DNA of 64,000 nucleotides from Batkoa obscura (Eukaryota): positions 1,178,001 to 1,242,000 of the forward strand of contig JASVEC010000011.1 of the NCBI GenBank assembly GCA_030770535.1. The letters are read 5' to 3'. Position numbers and translations under genes: made by a program. Each line of letters starts with the position of its first letter. The first letter of the stretch is position 1. This document shows positions 11,075 to 23,852 of this stretch, piece after piece. Below the pieces are notes generated by a model. The model saw only the letters and a program-made list of their open reading frames with translations, did not search any database and was not told where the DNA came from.

Positions 11075-12778
11075 TTAATTAAAATATGAAAGTTGGTTAA
11101 AAGTAGTTACTAAATGATTTGGTAATTCATAGTGATCAAAGGTACTCTTAATGGAATCTAAAGCAAACCTAGCTTGGCTTGAGACTCTTTTGTTGTTATA
11201 TGTTTGTAATAGATTTAGCTTTTCTATCATTTTTAAACAAATGCTCTCACTTTCGTTGTGTAGCTCTAAGTAGTTGTTATCTTTAAAATGCAGTATATTA
11301 AAATAAAAATAAATACTATATACTATTTGATTTAAATAGGGTAGCTCATAGTTTGCATGATATTGAATCTCATCACCTCTAGGAGTAAGTTTAACAAATG
11401 AAGTATTTTTCAGTACATTTAAGTAGATATCTCTATCTAAAAAGCTTTTACTAACCTTGTTAGAAATCTCGAATAGCAGCTCTATTTCATGTCTTGGGAA
11501 AACAATCGGTTTTGGGTATATCAACACTGAAGGATAATACAGCGAAATAAAATTTGTTTGTTGTATAATGTAAAAATAATAATGCAAGTTAGAGCCATGA
11601 TTGTCTTCTTGATCACCGTCAAATTGATAGGTCTGATTCAAGTTTAAAATAGAAACCAAACAAAAATTGAAATCATCTGAAGATAATTTTAATTCTTCGA
11701 CTGGTATTTTAGAATAATCTTTTTCATTATACTTTAATTTTAATTTGTATACATGATTGGCTATTTTCATATTAACTTCTCCTATATTCTTTACAACTGT
11801 GGTTTGTAACCATTCTCCAACAAGTCCCTTTTTAACTAAAGATTTAAAATCGGAATTGTTTACTTTCCTACTATTTTGAGTGAATGGTAATAGTTCCTGA
11901 ATATCAAAACGTACTAAAGGAAAATCAGGTATGGTAGAGCATAACACAAGGTAATTTACATACAGAGTTTTCCAAAGCTTGGTTCCTTTTTCAAAATCAT
12001 CAGAATTAGCAAACTGATTATCGCAACTGTTATAGTTCAAACATTCTGCCATTCTAATAGCAGAAGTGTAATAAAGTTTGGCTTTAGCGTAGTTGAAGTG
12101 TGTTAAACTAACATAGGTTAGCAAGCCAAGCGCAACAATATCACTATAAGTGGGTGAGGAATAAGCCAATGATAAGAGCTGATTTATTTTTCTTAAGCAA
12201 CTCCCGTATATATGTTTATAAAGGCTTCCCTTGCGAGATAGTGTGAATCTTGCTAACATTGCTAAATATGCGCAAGATAATAAATTAGGCTTTTGATTTA
12301 GATCAATGTATTCATTCAAATTTTCAAACCATAATTTATAAGGATCGATTACTTTAACAAAAACCTCTCTTCCTTGTTCTAAGAATGTACCATATTCTTG
12401 TCCAATATTTATTATTATCTTATTATCTGTAGTAAAATAATGTTTATTTGAGTCATAATATTTATGAAAATTTAATATAGCCGACTTTATCTTATACTCA
12501 TAAGTAAGTATCTCTGTCTCATACTCGATGCATTTTTTGTTATTTTCATTCAGTTCTTTCAAAATAACATTAATCCATCTTATATACTCTAAAAATCTTA
12601 ATTAGCATTATTTGATTATTTTAAAATTACCACAGGTTAGATCTTTAAGATCTTTATCGCTATACTGTAATACACTTTTAGAGCTGTTTATTAATATTTC
12701 CAAGTTATCAAGTCTCATCCTAAATCCGTCCGCTTGGCTCCTTATTTTTTGGGGTCGACTCCTCTTTTTTACTTCCAT
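11075..12778 (-). CDS. Fungal TF middle-homology-type protein without a detectable zinc cluster (2 exons; intron ~12589-12630)
   Basis: Exon 1 MEVKKRSRP...RLDNLEILI splices in phase 1 into the 495 aa ORF, which has AIRMAECLNY and LWKTLY motifs resembling the fungal TF middle domain. Confidence 0.65.
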
Positions 12779-13265
12779 TTTTCAAAGAATGGTTAAAAAA
12801 GCTTGACAAATCTTAACAAATATTAATCAAAGTGAATTCTCACTAAAACACTTGTAATTCGGTCCTAATTATTTAACTAAAGTTGCAAATTTTGTTCACA
12901 TCCTAATTATCGTTTTAAATGGTGACTGTTTTACAAAAGGGCAAATTCATGAAAATTCTAGAACATGAGAAGTTTTTAATTTAATTGAAAAGGGTTTAAA
13001 TCTAAAATTACTTTGATAACATTGCGTTCAAATATCAAATATCCAATAAATTAGCTACAGTTTCACTATTGTTTGACTCATAACAATATTAGTATTGTTT
13101 AGTGTTTGTCTTTAATATATGATATATTGACTTTTTATTACTATTTTTAAATTAATTATTAAAAAAAATAAAACAAAACTAAACAAATTATGAATAAATT
13201 AGTTTATTAAAATTCTAAATAGGCTAATATTACTAGCTAAATACTGAAATAACTTTTAAGACGCC

Positions 13266-14339
13266 TTAAATAAAAAAACTCTCTAAAGCGGAATGATTTG
13301 AGTTCTTAAACCCATGCCAGATAGGCTTTGCGTTCTTTGATTGAATAGGATTAAGTTGACTAGATTCTGGTTGAGGGTAAGAAGAATTAAAAATTTCTAA
13401 TAAATTGCTAATCACTTCTTGGAGTTGACAATCTGCATTTATCATATGGAATGGAAAATGTTTCATTAAACATGTTACTGAACCTATGTTTTGTTCAAAG
13501 GCTTTATAGCGGGTAAGGACAAGTTGCTCACTAAGATCAGTACATCTTTCTTCTATAAGACTTCCTTTACCACTTTCCAATACCTTTTGATTGTGTAGTT
13601 TGGCTTCCATACCCCTTTGCATCTGACGAAATAAACTGGTTTGTTTTGAAATATACAAGATGGCTACTTTAAAAGAAGGTAAAGGGAAACGTTGGACCAA
13701 ACCAGTGTTTAGAGAAGATTGGTTGAGTTGTTTTAACTTGTTAGAAAGATGAACTAAACAGTCTACCTGTACCTGGGTTCTCGGAAATCCATCTACGATT
13801 AATGGTACTGATTGATCACGTTCCATACATGCAAATATTAAATGTTCTAATACCGTGGCATCATCAATCATTCTACCTTGATCAATTAGTTCTTTCATTG
13901 CCGGTGATTTTAGTAAAGAGCTCATACAAATTGGTGTATTCGTTGAGCGCTGAGCTTCAATTATATGTGGCGTAACCGTACCCTTTCCTGAGCCTGGTGC
14001 TCCAATTAAAAACAAAATATCTCTTGGCATGGTAAAGTTAAGTAAACCTACTTCATTTTCTATTTTTTCCCATACTCTATCAAACAATTGTTTTGAATCT
14101 GTAACATTGATGTCTTGAGTAGAAGCTAAACTTTTTTCTACTAGTAATGAGGATGCAGGTTCAAAGTTAAAACTAGTAGTAGACAAATTGCGCTCCTGTT
14201 GTTTGAAAGTAGAAATTGGCTTATTTGGAGTAGAGTAGGTTTGTAGTAATGGTTTATAACTAAATCTTAAGGTTGGAGATAATACACCACGTAATGGACG
14301 AGCTAAAGGAGATATAATCTTTGGACTTAAATTATTCAT
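13266..14339 (-). CDS. Adenylate/NMP kinase-like protein with a probable mitochondrial presequence
   Basis: P-loop GAPGSGKGT and IVDGFPRTQVQ motif; Ser/Arg/Leu-rich N-terminus; intronless. Confidence 0.85.
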   Translation of the reverse strand: MNNLSPKIISPLARPLRGVLSPTLRFSYKPLLQTYSTPNKPISTFKQQERNLSTTSFNFEPASSLLVEKSLASTQDINVTDSKQLFDRVWEKIENEVGLLNFTMPRDILFLIGAPGSGKGTVTPHIIEAQRSTNTPICMSSLLKSPAMKELIDQGRMIDDATVLEHLIFACMERDQSVPLIVDGFPRTQVQVDCLVHLSNKLKQLNQSSLNTGLVQRFPLPSFKVAILYISKQTSLFRQMQRGMEAKLHNQKVLESGKGSLIEERCTDLSEQLVLTRYKAFEQNIGSVTCLMKHFPFHMINADCQLQEVISNLLEIFNSSYPQPESSQLNPIQSKNAKPIWHGFKNSNHSALESFFI

Positions 14340-15790
14340 TTTAAACTAAAACTATTGAATTAAAAAATGATAAATTTAGTTTTATATTTCCATTAAAATA
14401 AGTTGGAAGTGATTTTAAAGATTGAATTAATAGATTTGAATTTTAAAGTTGGATCTTGTTTGTTTAAATATTAGCTAAATTTGATATATTGGGGATGGAG
14501 TTTTTATTCAAATATTTTAATTTGGGAATTAAGCCAATGAAATTTTACTTTTTGCCCCACCCCCATTTTAAGCTTTATAGTTATTTAGGGTTTTAATTAG
14601 TGGATTAAAGAGGGGCATCAGGTTGATCTAAAAGGTAATAAAAATTACCAATCATTTAATCATTATTGAAATAATGCTTAGTTGATTACGTTAAAATAAA
14701 AGGGAAAATGCTATGTTGGTAAAGGATATGATCTCACCTTCTGCTTAAAATATATAATATCCGATTTAAGCAGAGTTATAAATAGTATCAAATTCGTAAG
14801 AAACTTACAAACTATATTGTTATTAAGCGATAATAAAGATTTCTATTAATTTATAATAATATTAGGTTTCTGGAAGTATAAAATAGTAAGTAATTAATAT
14901 GAAATAAATAAGATTAAAACAGTTACAATTTCATATGAGTTTATTGAAATATTAACAAATTTGGGTGCATACTCGGTATTGGTTAAACATTAAAATCTAA
15001 TATTAAATATTAACTTTGTCTTGCGGAATAAGCACTAGACCTATATGCCAGAAGTGGGGTCATTGATCAATATTGTTTTTATGCGCGATAACTTAAAGCC
15101 ATATAATTATAATATTAAATTCAAATACTTTAGTACAAAACATAAATAACCGCTTGGTAACAAATTGTTATAAATTAGTTTAATTGCATTAGTACATTAA
15201 TAAATTAGGTATTTTAAGAAAAAGGCTTTTAGAGAGAATTGAAATTAATATTAGTATACTTACTTGTGTGTATAAGTAATATCAAATAATCTTATATGTG
15301 ATACCTCATAAAGCTCTTACTAATTTATGAATCCTTCAAGATTTTAAAAAATAATATTACATGCCTTACTAAAGGCTAAGGGCAGTAACTATAATTAATA
15401 GCAGTAATAATAATATTAAAAAAATATTAGCCATTTTTTATTGCTTAGTCCCTCTATATTTAGTACATTCCTTGATTTAAAGTTTAATAAAATCAAACTA
15501 ATAAAATGGTAGAAAGCTTGGAGGAATTAACGTTGCTGTAAAGGGATAAAAACGTAGTAAAATATAACAAAAAGAAGACTATAAATATACTTGATTTTTA
15601 TAAGCTTTGGATGGTGCTAGATACAAATAAGTTTGGTAAAATTTTATTCTAATTTTATTCTTTGTAGTTTTGGGGTAAAGTTAGTGTAAGAATTCTTTAT
15701 GGTGCATTTATAAACAATATTAAAATAAAAATAAAAATCCAATTATTTTTATTTAATTTGCAACTTTATTACTTATAAGCTAACTTGTAC

Positions 15791-17473
15791 TTATCTTTTG
15801 GCATTAAATATATATAATACAGCACTAGCTAATTCAATATTATAATAAGCCACATTAGCCACCGTCCCAATTGTAAGTAAATGCTTCAAACTATTTAAAT
15901 ACTTTTGAATAATTGTATCCACTTTAACTTTCGACTTGTGCTTAAATCTAGCTAAAAATATCACTACTTGTAGAGCCATCCCTAATTCAATATTCGTTAA
16001 ATAATTAACAGGTAATTTTAAACAATAATAAAGGGTTAAATAACCCTGGATTAAAACTTTAGTTATATAATTACTATCGTTACAAATGAATTCAGCACGA
16101 TCAAATTGATAAGATTTACTTGAGTTGTAGAACTTTAAAGAGAGTATAAAGTAGATATAATAATTACAAATAAGTAATAGTTTATAGTGCTCATAGCTCA
16201 TTTTTAAATTAAAGTGGATCTCAATACTTACGAATATTATCAAATAATTTTTTTCAAGTTTTTGAATTCTTTCTATTAATTGTTGAATTTTCAACTCATT
16301 GACTATTTGAGCTTTATTCAAATTCACATATTCATCCTTCAATACTCTAATTGAAAATGTGATTGAACTTAATTCATTGAAGAACGAAGTGATAACAATA
16401 TTATAACAGAAATCAAAATCCATTTTACACATATTATAATTTGGCCTTCCTTTTAAAAATAAACTGCTTAAAACCTTCTTAAAAGTCAAGTTTAATATTT
16501 TAGGGCGATAAGGCAATATTATACTGGAGCCAAACGATAGTGATAAATTAATAGAAAAAAGGTTCATAACAGAATATAACATGACTCTTTCAATTTTACA
16601 AACAAACGGAGGTTTATTGGGAGTTAAATGTAGTCCAATTAAACTAGAAGAAATAGTTAAAAAATGAAGGTATCTTTCAATATTTGTGGTGATCCATTCT
16701 GTTTTATAGCATCCAGTAATCATTATAAACACACTTTGAATATTTTGTAATGTTGGTTTAATTCTATAAGGCGTTCCTAGTTCTTTATACAATTCATTTA
16801 CAATAAACTTTATTATCTTAACTATTACTTCGTTTGATTCCATTCCATACAACCCGGCTAATAAAACACATAATTTTAACGTATTGCTTTTACTATTAAA
16901 ATCAAACTTGGATTGAATAAAAAGGGGGTAGCTTTTATTACTTGTGTTAAAAAAATGAGCGTATGCTTGTTTCAATACTGGATACCAACTCTGAAACCCT
17001 TCTTTTACTACTATTTGTTCCTTGTCGTTACTTCGCTGCTTTATATAAACTTTAAAACCCTCACTTATTTTTAAGATAAAACTAAGCCCAATACTCGATT
17101 TAAGGGGGGAGGGATATAAAAAGATAGTCATTAAATTCTCAAATAAATTCTTATTCGTGATACTATTTAGTATTCCAAGGGGTGTATATGGGTTATTAAA
17201 GCAAGCTGGTAACTTCATTATTTTAGTTTTATAGCGAACTCTTGTTTTTTTAATATCATTTGTGTTACTTCTATTATTTATATTGACTTTGAAGTTGTTT
17301 ATATTATTCTCTATAAAGTGTAGCCTTTTGGTATGCTTTGATTTCCTTGTATAACTGCATTGCTCTTTCAAATCAATACATGTGTCACAACTGGGCTTTT
17401 TTCTATCACATTTGCGGTGTCCGTACATGCATGCATCACAATTGTGTGCGCTCGTATCTATATTATTGGTCAT
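15791..17473 (-). CDS. Zn(II)2Cys6 transcription factor, intronless
   Basis: 560 aa ORF; CDACMYGHRKCDRKKPSCDTCIDLKEQC; IKPTLQNIQ and IGLH motifs shared with the cluster paralogues. Confidence 0.9.
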   Translation of the reverse strand: MTNNIDTSAHNCDACMYGHRKCDRKKPSCDTCIDLKEQCSYTRKSKHTKRLHFIENNINNFKVNINNRSNTNDIKKTRVRYKTKIMKLPACFNNPYTPLGILNSITNKNLFENLMTIFLYPSPLKSSIGLSFILKISEGFKVYIKQRSNDKEQIVVKEGFQSWYPVLKQAYAHFFNTSNKSYPLFIQSKFDFNSKSNTLKLCVLLAGLYGMESNEVIVKIIKFIVNELYKELGTPYRIKPTLQNIQSVFIMITGCYKTEWITTNIERYLHFLTISSSLIGLHLTPNKPPFVCKIERVMLYSVMNLFSINLSLSFGSSIILPYRPKILNLTFKKVLSSLFLKGRPNYNMCKMDFDFCYNIVITSFFNELSSITFSIRVLKDEYVNLNKAQIVNELKIQQLIERIQKLEKNYLIIFVSIEIHFNLKMSYEHYKLLLICNYYIYFILSLKFYNSSKSYQFDRAEFICNDSNYITKVLIQGYLTLYYCLKLPVNYLTNIELGMALQVVIFLARFKHKSKVKVDTIIQKYLNSLKHLLTIGTVANVAYYNIELASAVLYIFNAKR

Positions 17474-18194
17474 TGCTTGCTCTTGTATTTGGTCTAGCTT
17501 TTAAAGAAGAAAGTAAAAGTTAAATACGAGATTAGTTTATGAGAGTTCCTATTTGATTTATGCATCAGCTGTTTTGAAAAAAAACTCTAAATAAACATAG
17601 GCTTCTTTTTTAGCGCCAAGCTATTTAATTAATTTCTAAAATTATTAGTAACAACTACTATTAAGTTAGTCTACACCTAAACCAATAAGATTATTTATCT
17701 TGTTATTTATTGAATTTGATTTTTTAAATCTACTTGGTTGATTCTACTCATCCAATGATATATCGAGATTTTAAAAAAAATTTGCATCTCCAAAAATTAA
17801 CTTTGGGTAGCCTCTTCCTAAATAGGTGGAAAAGTGTTAGTTAAATAATAATTGTTATTCATTTTTAAACAATTGGTTATCTAAATTTATATAATAAAGC
17901 AACAGCGTCGGTCATTAAATGTAGGTAATAAAAATTATAAAGATGTCATTAGTAGAATGCATATGAAATATAAAATAGCTTTTGTAAAAAAGATACGAAA
18001 AGGCTAATTAAATCCTGAAAATAAACACTTATTGACCCAATATTAAATTGGACCAATAGAAATGCATGAAATAGCTGTGAAGGCAATTAAAAAGCGAAGA
18101 TGTAATTTGATGACGAAAATAAGATAACTATAAAAGATAGTGATAAAAGATTAAACCTTTATATTTTAACTTATAACTTTTATAACAACACAAA

Positions 18195-19205
<1,011 letters not shown>

Positions 19206-19285
19206 TTTTTATTAAATAAAGATAATAAGCATAGTACAAAATTTAAATATTTATTTTAATATAGTCATTTATTTCTATTCAAAGC

Positions 19286-20405
19286 TTACTCAACATCATT
19301 TGGACAAATGATGGATTTTATATAATCAACACGCTCCTTTGTTAACTGCAGGCACTCTCTAAGCTCTTGTTTATTTATTAATTTGTCTCCATATTTATAA
19401 GTATAAATTAAATCATTATCATCATTCACTACAATCAATAAATAATTTCTTATCATTTCTTGCTCAAAATTGTTGGGATCACTTAGTATTATGCCGCTAT
19501 AGTATTATTATTATTATGTTATTATTTGTACTAAATTAGTAATCTAATCTTACTCATCAAATTTTACAAAGGATAATGGAAATAAGTTGTAATTTACAGT
19601 TAAAAAATCAAACTCATTGTCAACTACTGTATAAACTCCTTGCTCTTCATCAAGTACTAACTTTGGTAATTGAACTAAAGATTAAACTATAAATGATAAC
19701 CAGTGATAAAAACAATTAAATAATTACCATTTTTTAATGCTAATATAGTGGAAATAATTGAGGCATCTAATACATTACCGTCATCAGATAAACAAATGGT
19801 ATCTATATACAATGTCCACACTGCTTTCCCAATTTCAATTGCTAATTGCTTTTTATCAAATAAAGAATTACTTTATCATTATTAATTATCAGTTGTTTAC
19901 TTGATTCTAACTAAAATAACTTACATATTTAACAACTGATTAATAATATGACTGTAAATCATAGATTGGCCATTTGGTGGGCCTGGCTTTATTTTATTTG
20001 AGCATAAGGGACCAAGTTCAACGTTTGATACTAAATTATAAATCAACACATTTACTTTGTACAATATTTTTATTTTTGTTATTACCTAAATAACCTTCGC
20101 TTGGATACTCCCAATTAGGCTCTGCAATTTCAGCTTTTATAGCTGTAACTACCATGGTTTTACCTATCCTTAAAATTACTGAACCCTCTGAAGTAGTTAT
20201 TGTATCTATTGAATAAATTGCATTATGTTAGTAATTTATACATTTAAAATATTAAAACAGTACTTTGATTTAAATGAACGGTTCTGCATTGGTCTATATT
20301 TCTACCGTCAATTCTTAAGTTTAAGTTTATGAACTTTCTCATATATTCTTTCGGGTGCATACGTTGGAATGCCAACGCTTCTTCATTTAACTTATTGGAT
20401 TTCAT
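19286..20405 (-). CDS. RRP43: Exosome RNase PH-like subunit Rrp43 (multi-exon)
   Basis: AFQRMHPKEYMRKFI..RIDGR, EGSVILRIGKTMV, NVELGPLCS..KPGPP, GKAVWTLYIDTICLSDDGNVLDA. Confidence 0.85.
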
Positions 20406-20637
20406 TTTACTTTCCCAGTTTGTCAATAAAAGGTAAAAATGGAATTTTTAAAAATGTCTAATTTTATAAATTAAAAAAATTGACAAAAATTTTAGACTAA
20501 GATATTATTTTAAAATACGCTGAATACTATAATAGAAAATTTGAAAGTTAGCTTGTATATATTTTTATTTATCCCATAAATTATCTATAACAATAATAAT
20601 AATACTATTATTTTATACAACAAAACAATAATAGAAA

Positions 20638-21096
20638 TTATTCCATGACATCCTCATTTAATCTACTTTCTCTTTTTCTACTCACAAGGAACAACTCATC
20701 CTCGCACACTTCATACTCTTTCTTTTCCATTTCTTGAATGAACTGATCATTGATATGTTTAGAAATAGCGATCAAGTTATCTAATCCATCTTCCATAGCT
20801 CGAACACTAGTAGTATCGTTAAAGGTTTGAATACGGAAATTCAATAATGGCTCTGAAGGATGAGGGATGGAATAACCAACATATTCTACTTTTTGATCTT
20901 TTGCAACTGTCCACCTTAATGCGTTACCAAGAGTGTGATCCTCTTCTTTTAATTGAAAAGTGGTACTCGTTAAATCTTTATTGCCACTTATAATCTTGAT
21001 CTTGTCCATTCCTTCTTCAAGTTCAATTTCATTTTCAGTGCCTATAATTTCCCTTTCATTTAATTGTTGGTCTACTATTTCTTGTTCGATATTCAT
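20638..21096 (-). CDS. RPC19: RNA polymerase I/III subunit AC19
   Basis: EEDHTLGNALR...VEYVGYSIPHPSE..NFRIQT. Confidence 0.93.
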   Translation of the reverse strand: MNIEQEIVDQQLNEREIIGTENEIELEEGMDKIKIISGNKDLTSTTFQLKEEDHTLGNALRWTVAKDQKVEYVGYSIPHPSEPLLNFRIQTFNDTTSVRAMEDGLDNLIAISKHINDQFIQEMEKKEYEVCEDELFLVSRKRESRLNEDVME

Positions 21097-21480
21097 TTTT
21101 AGATTTTATTTTTTTATTAAAAGAGCTGTAAATTATAAAAGACCAAAAATATTTTTTGTTAGAAATTAATTTCCCATAATGTTTTACAGAGGATATGATT
21201 CTTTTTGGATCACCCTGGTTTTATCTAAATTTTTCGAGGTGTAATTATCAGGGAAAAGATTATACAAAATTTTTAGATATATATTTTAATAGTAACAATG
21301 ATAATAAAATACTAAGAGTAATAATTTAATAAAAAAACCACAAAGCATCAAATTCAAAATAAAATTATACATCAAACCTCAAAAGGAAAAAAGATAATAA
21401 ATAAAAACATTCACCATTTATAAGTGCATTAAAAAAGCTAGATAATAAATCGTAATAAGTGATTTTCTAAAAACTCATAA

Positions 21481-22238
<758 letters not shown>

Positions 22239-22986
22239 TTTAGCTAATGTGTTGTATCTAATTTTTAAATTAGTTAAATTATAATATCATTACTGCTATT
22301 AATTACCTTTTAACTACAATTTTACTATTTCAACTAAAAGTTTAAATCTTCACTTAGATTATTTCGTTTTATCAATGATTTAAAGATTAAAAGATCTTAT
22401 TGATTGGTTGATTTATCTAAGAAATTCAATAGATTATCAAGATTAGTTAGATTAAAATGCCCAATAATATATCGAGAATCATTTATATGACAATTATAAT
22501 TTGCCTACACCAGCATACCAAAACAAATCAACGATTATCTAAAATTACAATTTACCGCTGTAATTCCCATTTGTTGGATTATAATCCTAATATAAAATAA
22601 TATATTGCTTTAATAAGTAAAAATATTCAAATATATAATTCCTGATGTTGATACTATTATGTATAAATTGTGATTGCTTTTATTAGCTCTAATAATAAGG
22701 TACTTGTAATTCGTTGAAGGCATTTCCAGCTTTATATGAAATATTGGCCGGTTTTGGCAGAGGTGCTAAATTTTATAATATAGGATAATTTCTAGTAATC
22801 TGGCTTTTTGGGCAGGTCCAATCTATCAGAGGCATAGGATTGCTGCAGTTCAATTTTTTTACGGCAAAACTATCTCCCTTTTAGACATAAGAAATATTTG
22901 CTGTTGCAATCGATGACTTTGCATTTAATTTTAGCCCAAAAAGTCATGTTACTTTGGAAATACCTTGTATAAGTAAATTTATAAAT

Positions 22987-23081
22987 GGGGTTGTATTTTT
23001 TTAAGAAATTTATTAACACGTTTTCCGCTCAAATAGCACTTAAAAAATGGAAAAAGTAATGAAACCAAAAAAAACATCATC
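22987..23081 (+). mobile_element. MITE family A, copy 5
   Basis: GGGGTTGTAT...CCGCTCAAATAGCACTT...ACATCATC, AAAT on both sides. Confidence 0.85.
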
Positions 23082-23447
23082 AAATTAAGCTACGGGTTTA
23101 GCTAACAATTTTCAAATATTTAATATTTAATATTTTATTGAATAGAAATTTACACTTCTAATATTATATTCGTAGATAAGAAATAAAAACATGATAAAGA
23201 CTTACATAGCTTTAGTAGGTTTTACTACTTATCAGTATTTTTATTTTTATTTTTATTTTTATTTTTTAATGCAGAGAAGTGAATATATTTTTAAAAAATG
23301 GCTATTGTTTTAAAATAAAATCGTTTTCCTTGCAATTAAAGATGGTTATCACAGACAATCTTTTATCAGTTCTATGTTTTATAACAAATATCTGTTTAAG
23401 CGATTTTAATATTACTGCATTTACTTTATCAAATAGTTTTACCAAAT

Positions 23448-23545
23448 GGGGGTGTATTTTTTGTTTAAGAATTTTACTAACAATCTTTCCACTGAAATAG
23501 CGCTTAAGAAATGGAAAAATAATGAAGCCAAAAAAACACCCCCCC
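23448..23545 (+). mobile_element. MITE family A, copy 6
   Basis: GGGGGTGTAT...ACACCCCCCC, AAAT on both sides. Confidence 0.88.
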
Positions 23546-23852
23546 AAATAATTTTATACATTTTCATTTAATCCTATGTATTATAGTTTAGTAAAATTTA
23601 TTTTAGTTTAACACTTTTTAAACATTTGTAAAAATGAATTAAAGTATTAAAATAAATATTTATGTATTTCATATTTTATTGTAACATTAATTAAGTATTT
23701 TTTGTGTACTTCAGTATAATAAAAAAAGCTATTGAATACAAAAGTAACTGAGAATATCAAGTTTATAGTAATAAAATAAAAAACGATATTTTAAAGCACT
23801 TTAAATATTTATTTTAGATATCAATAGTATGATATAACTTGGAATCAAAAGT

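Noticed and set aside
23302..23547. Similar short ORFs (KRY.SGKIVSKILK) at 6614, 23302 and 56796 as a small-protein family
   Set aside because: They are translations of the MITE
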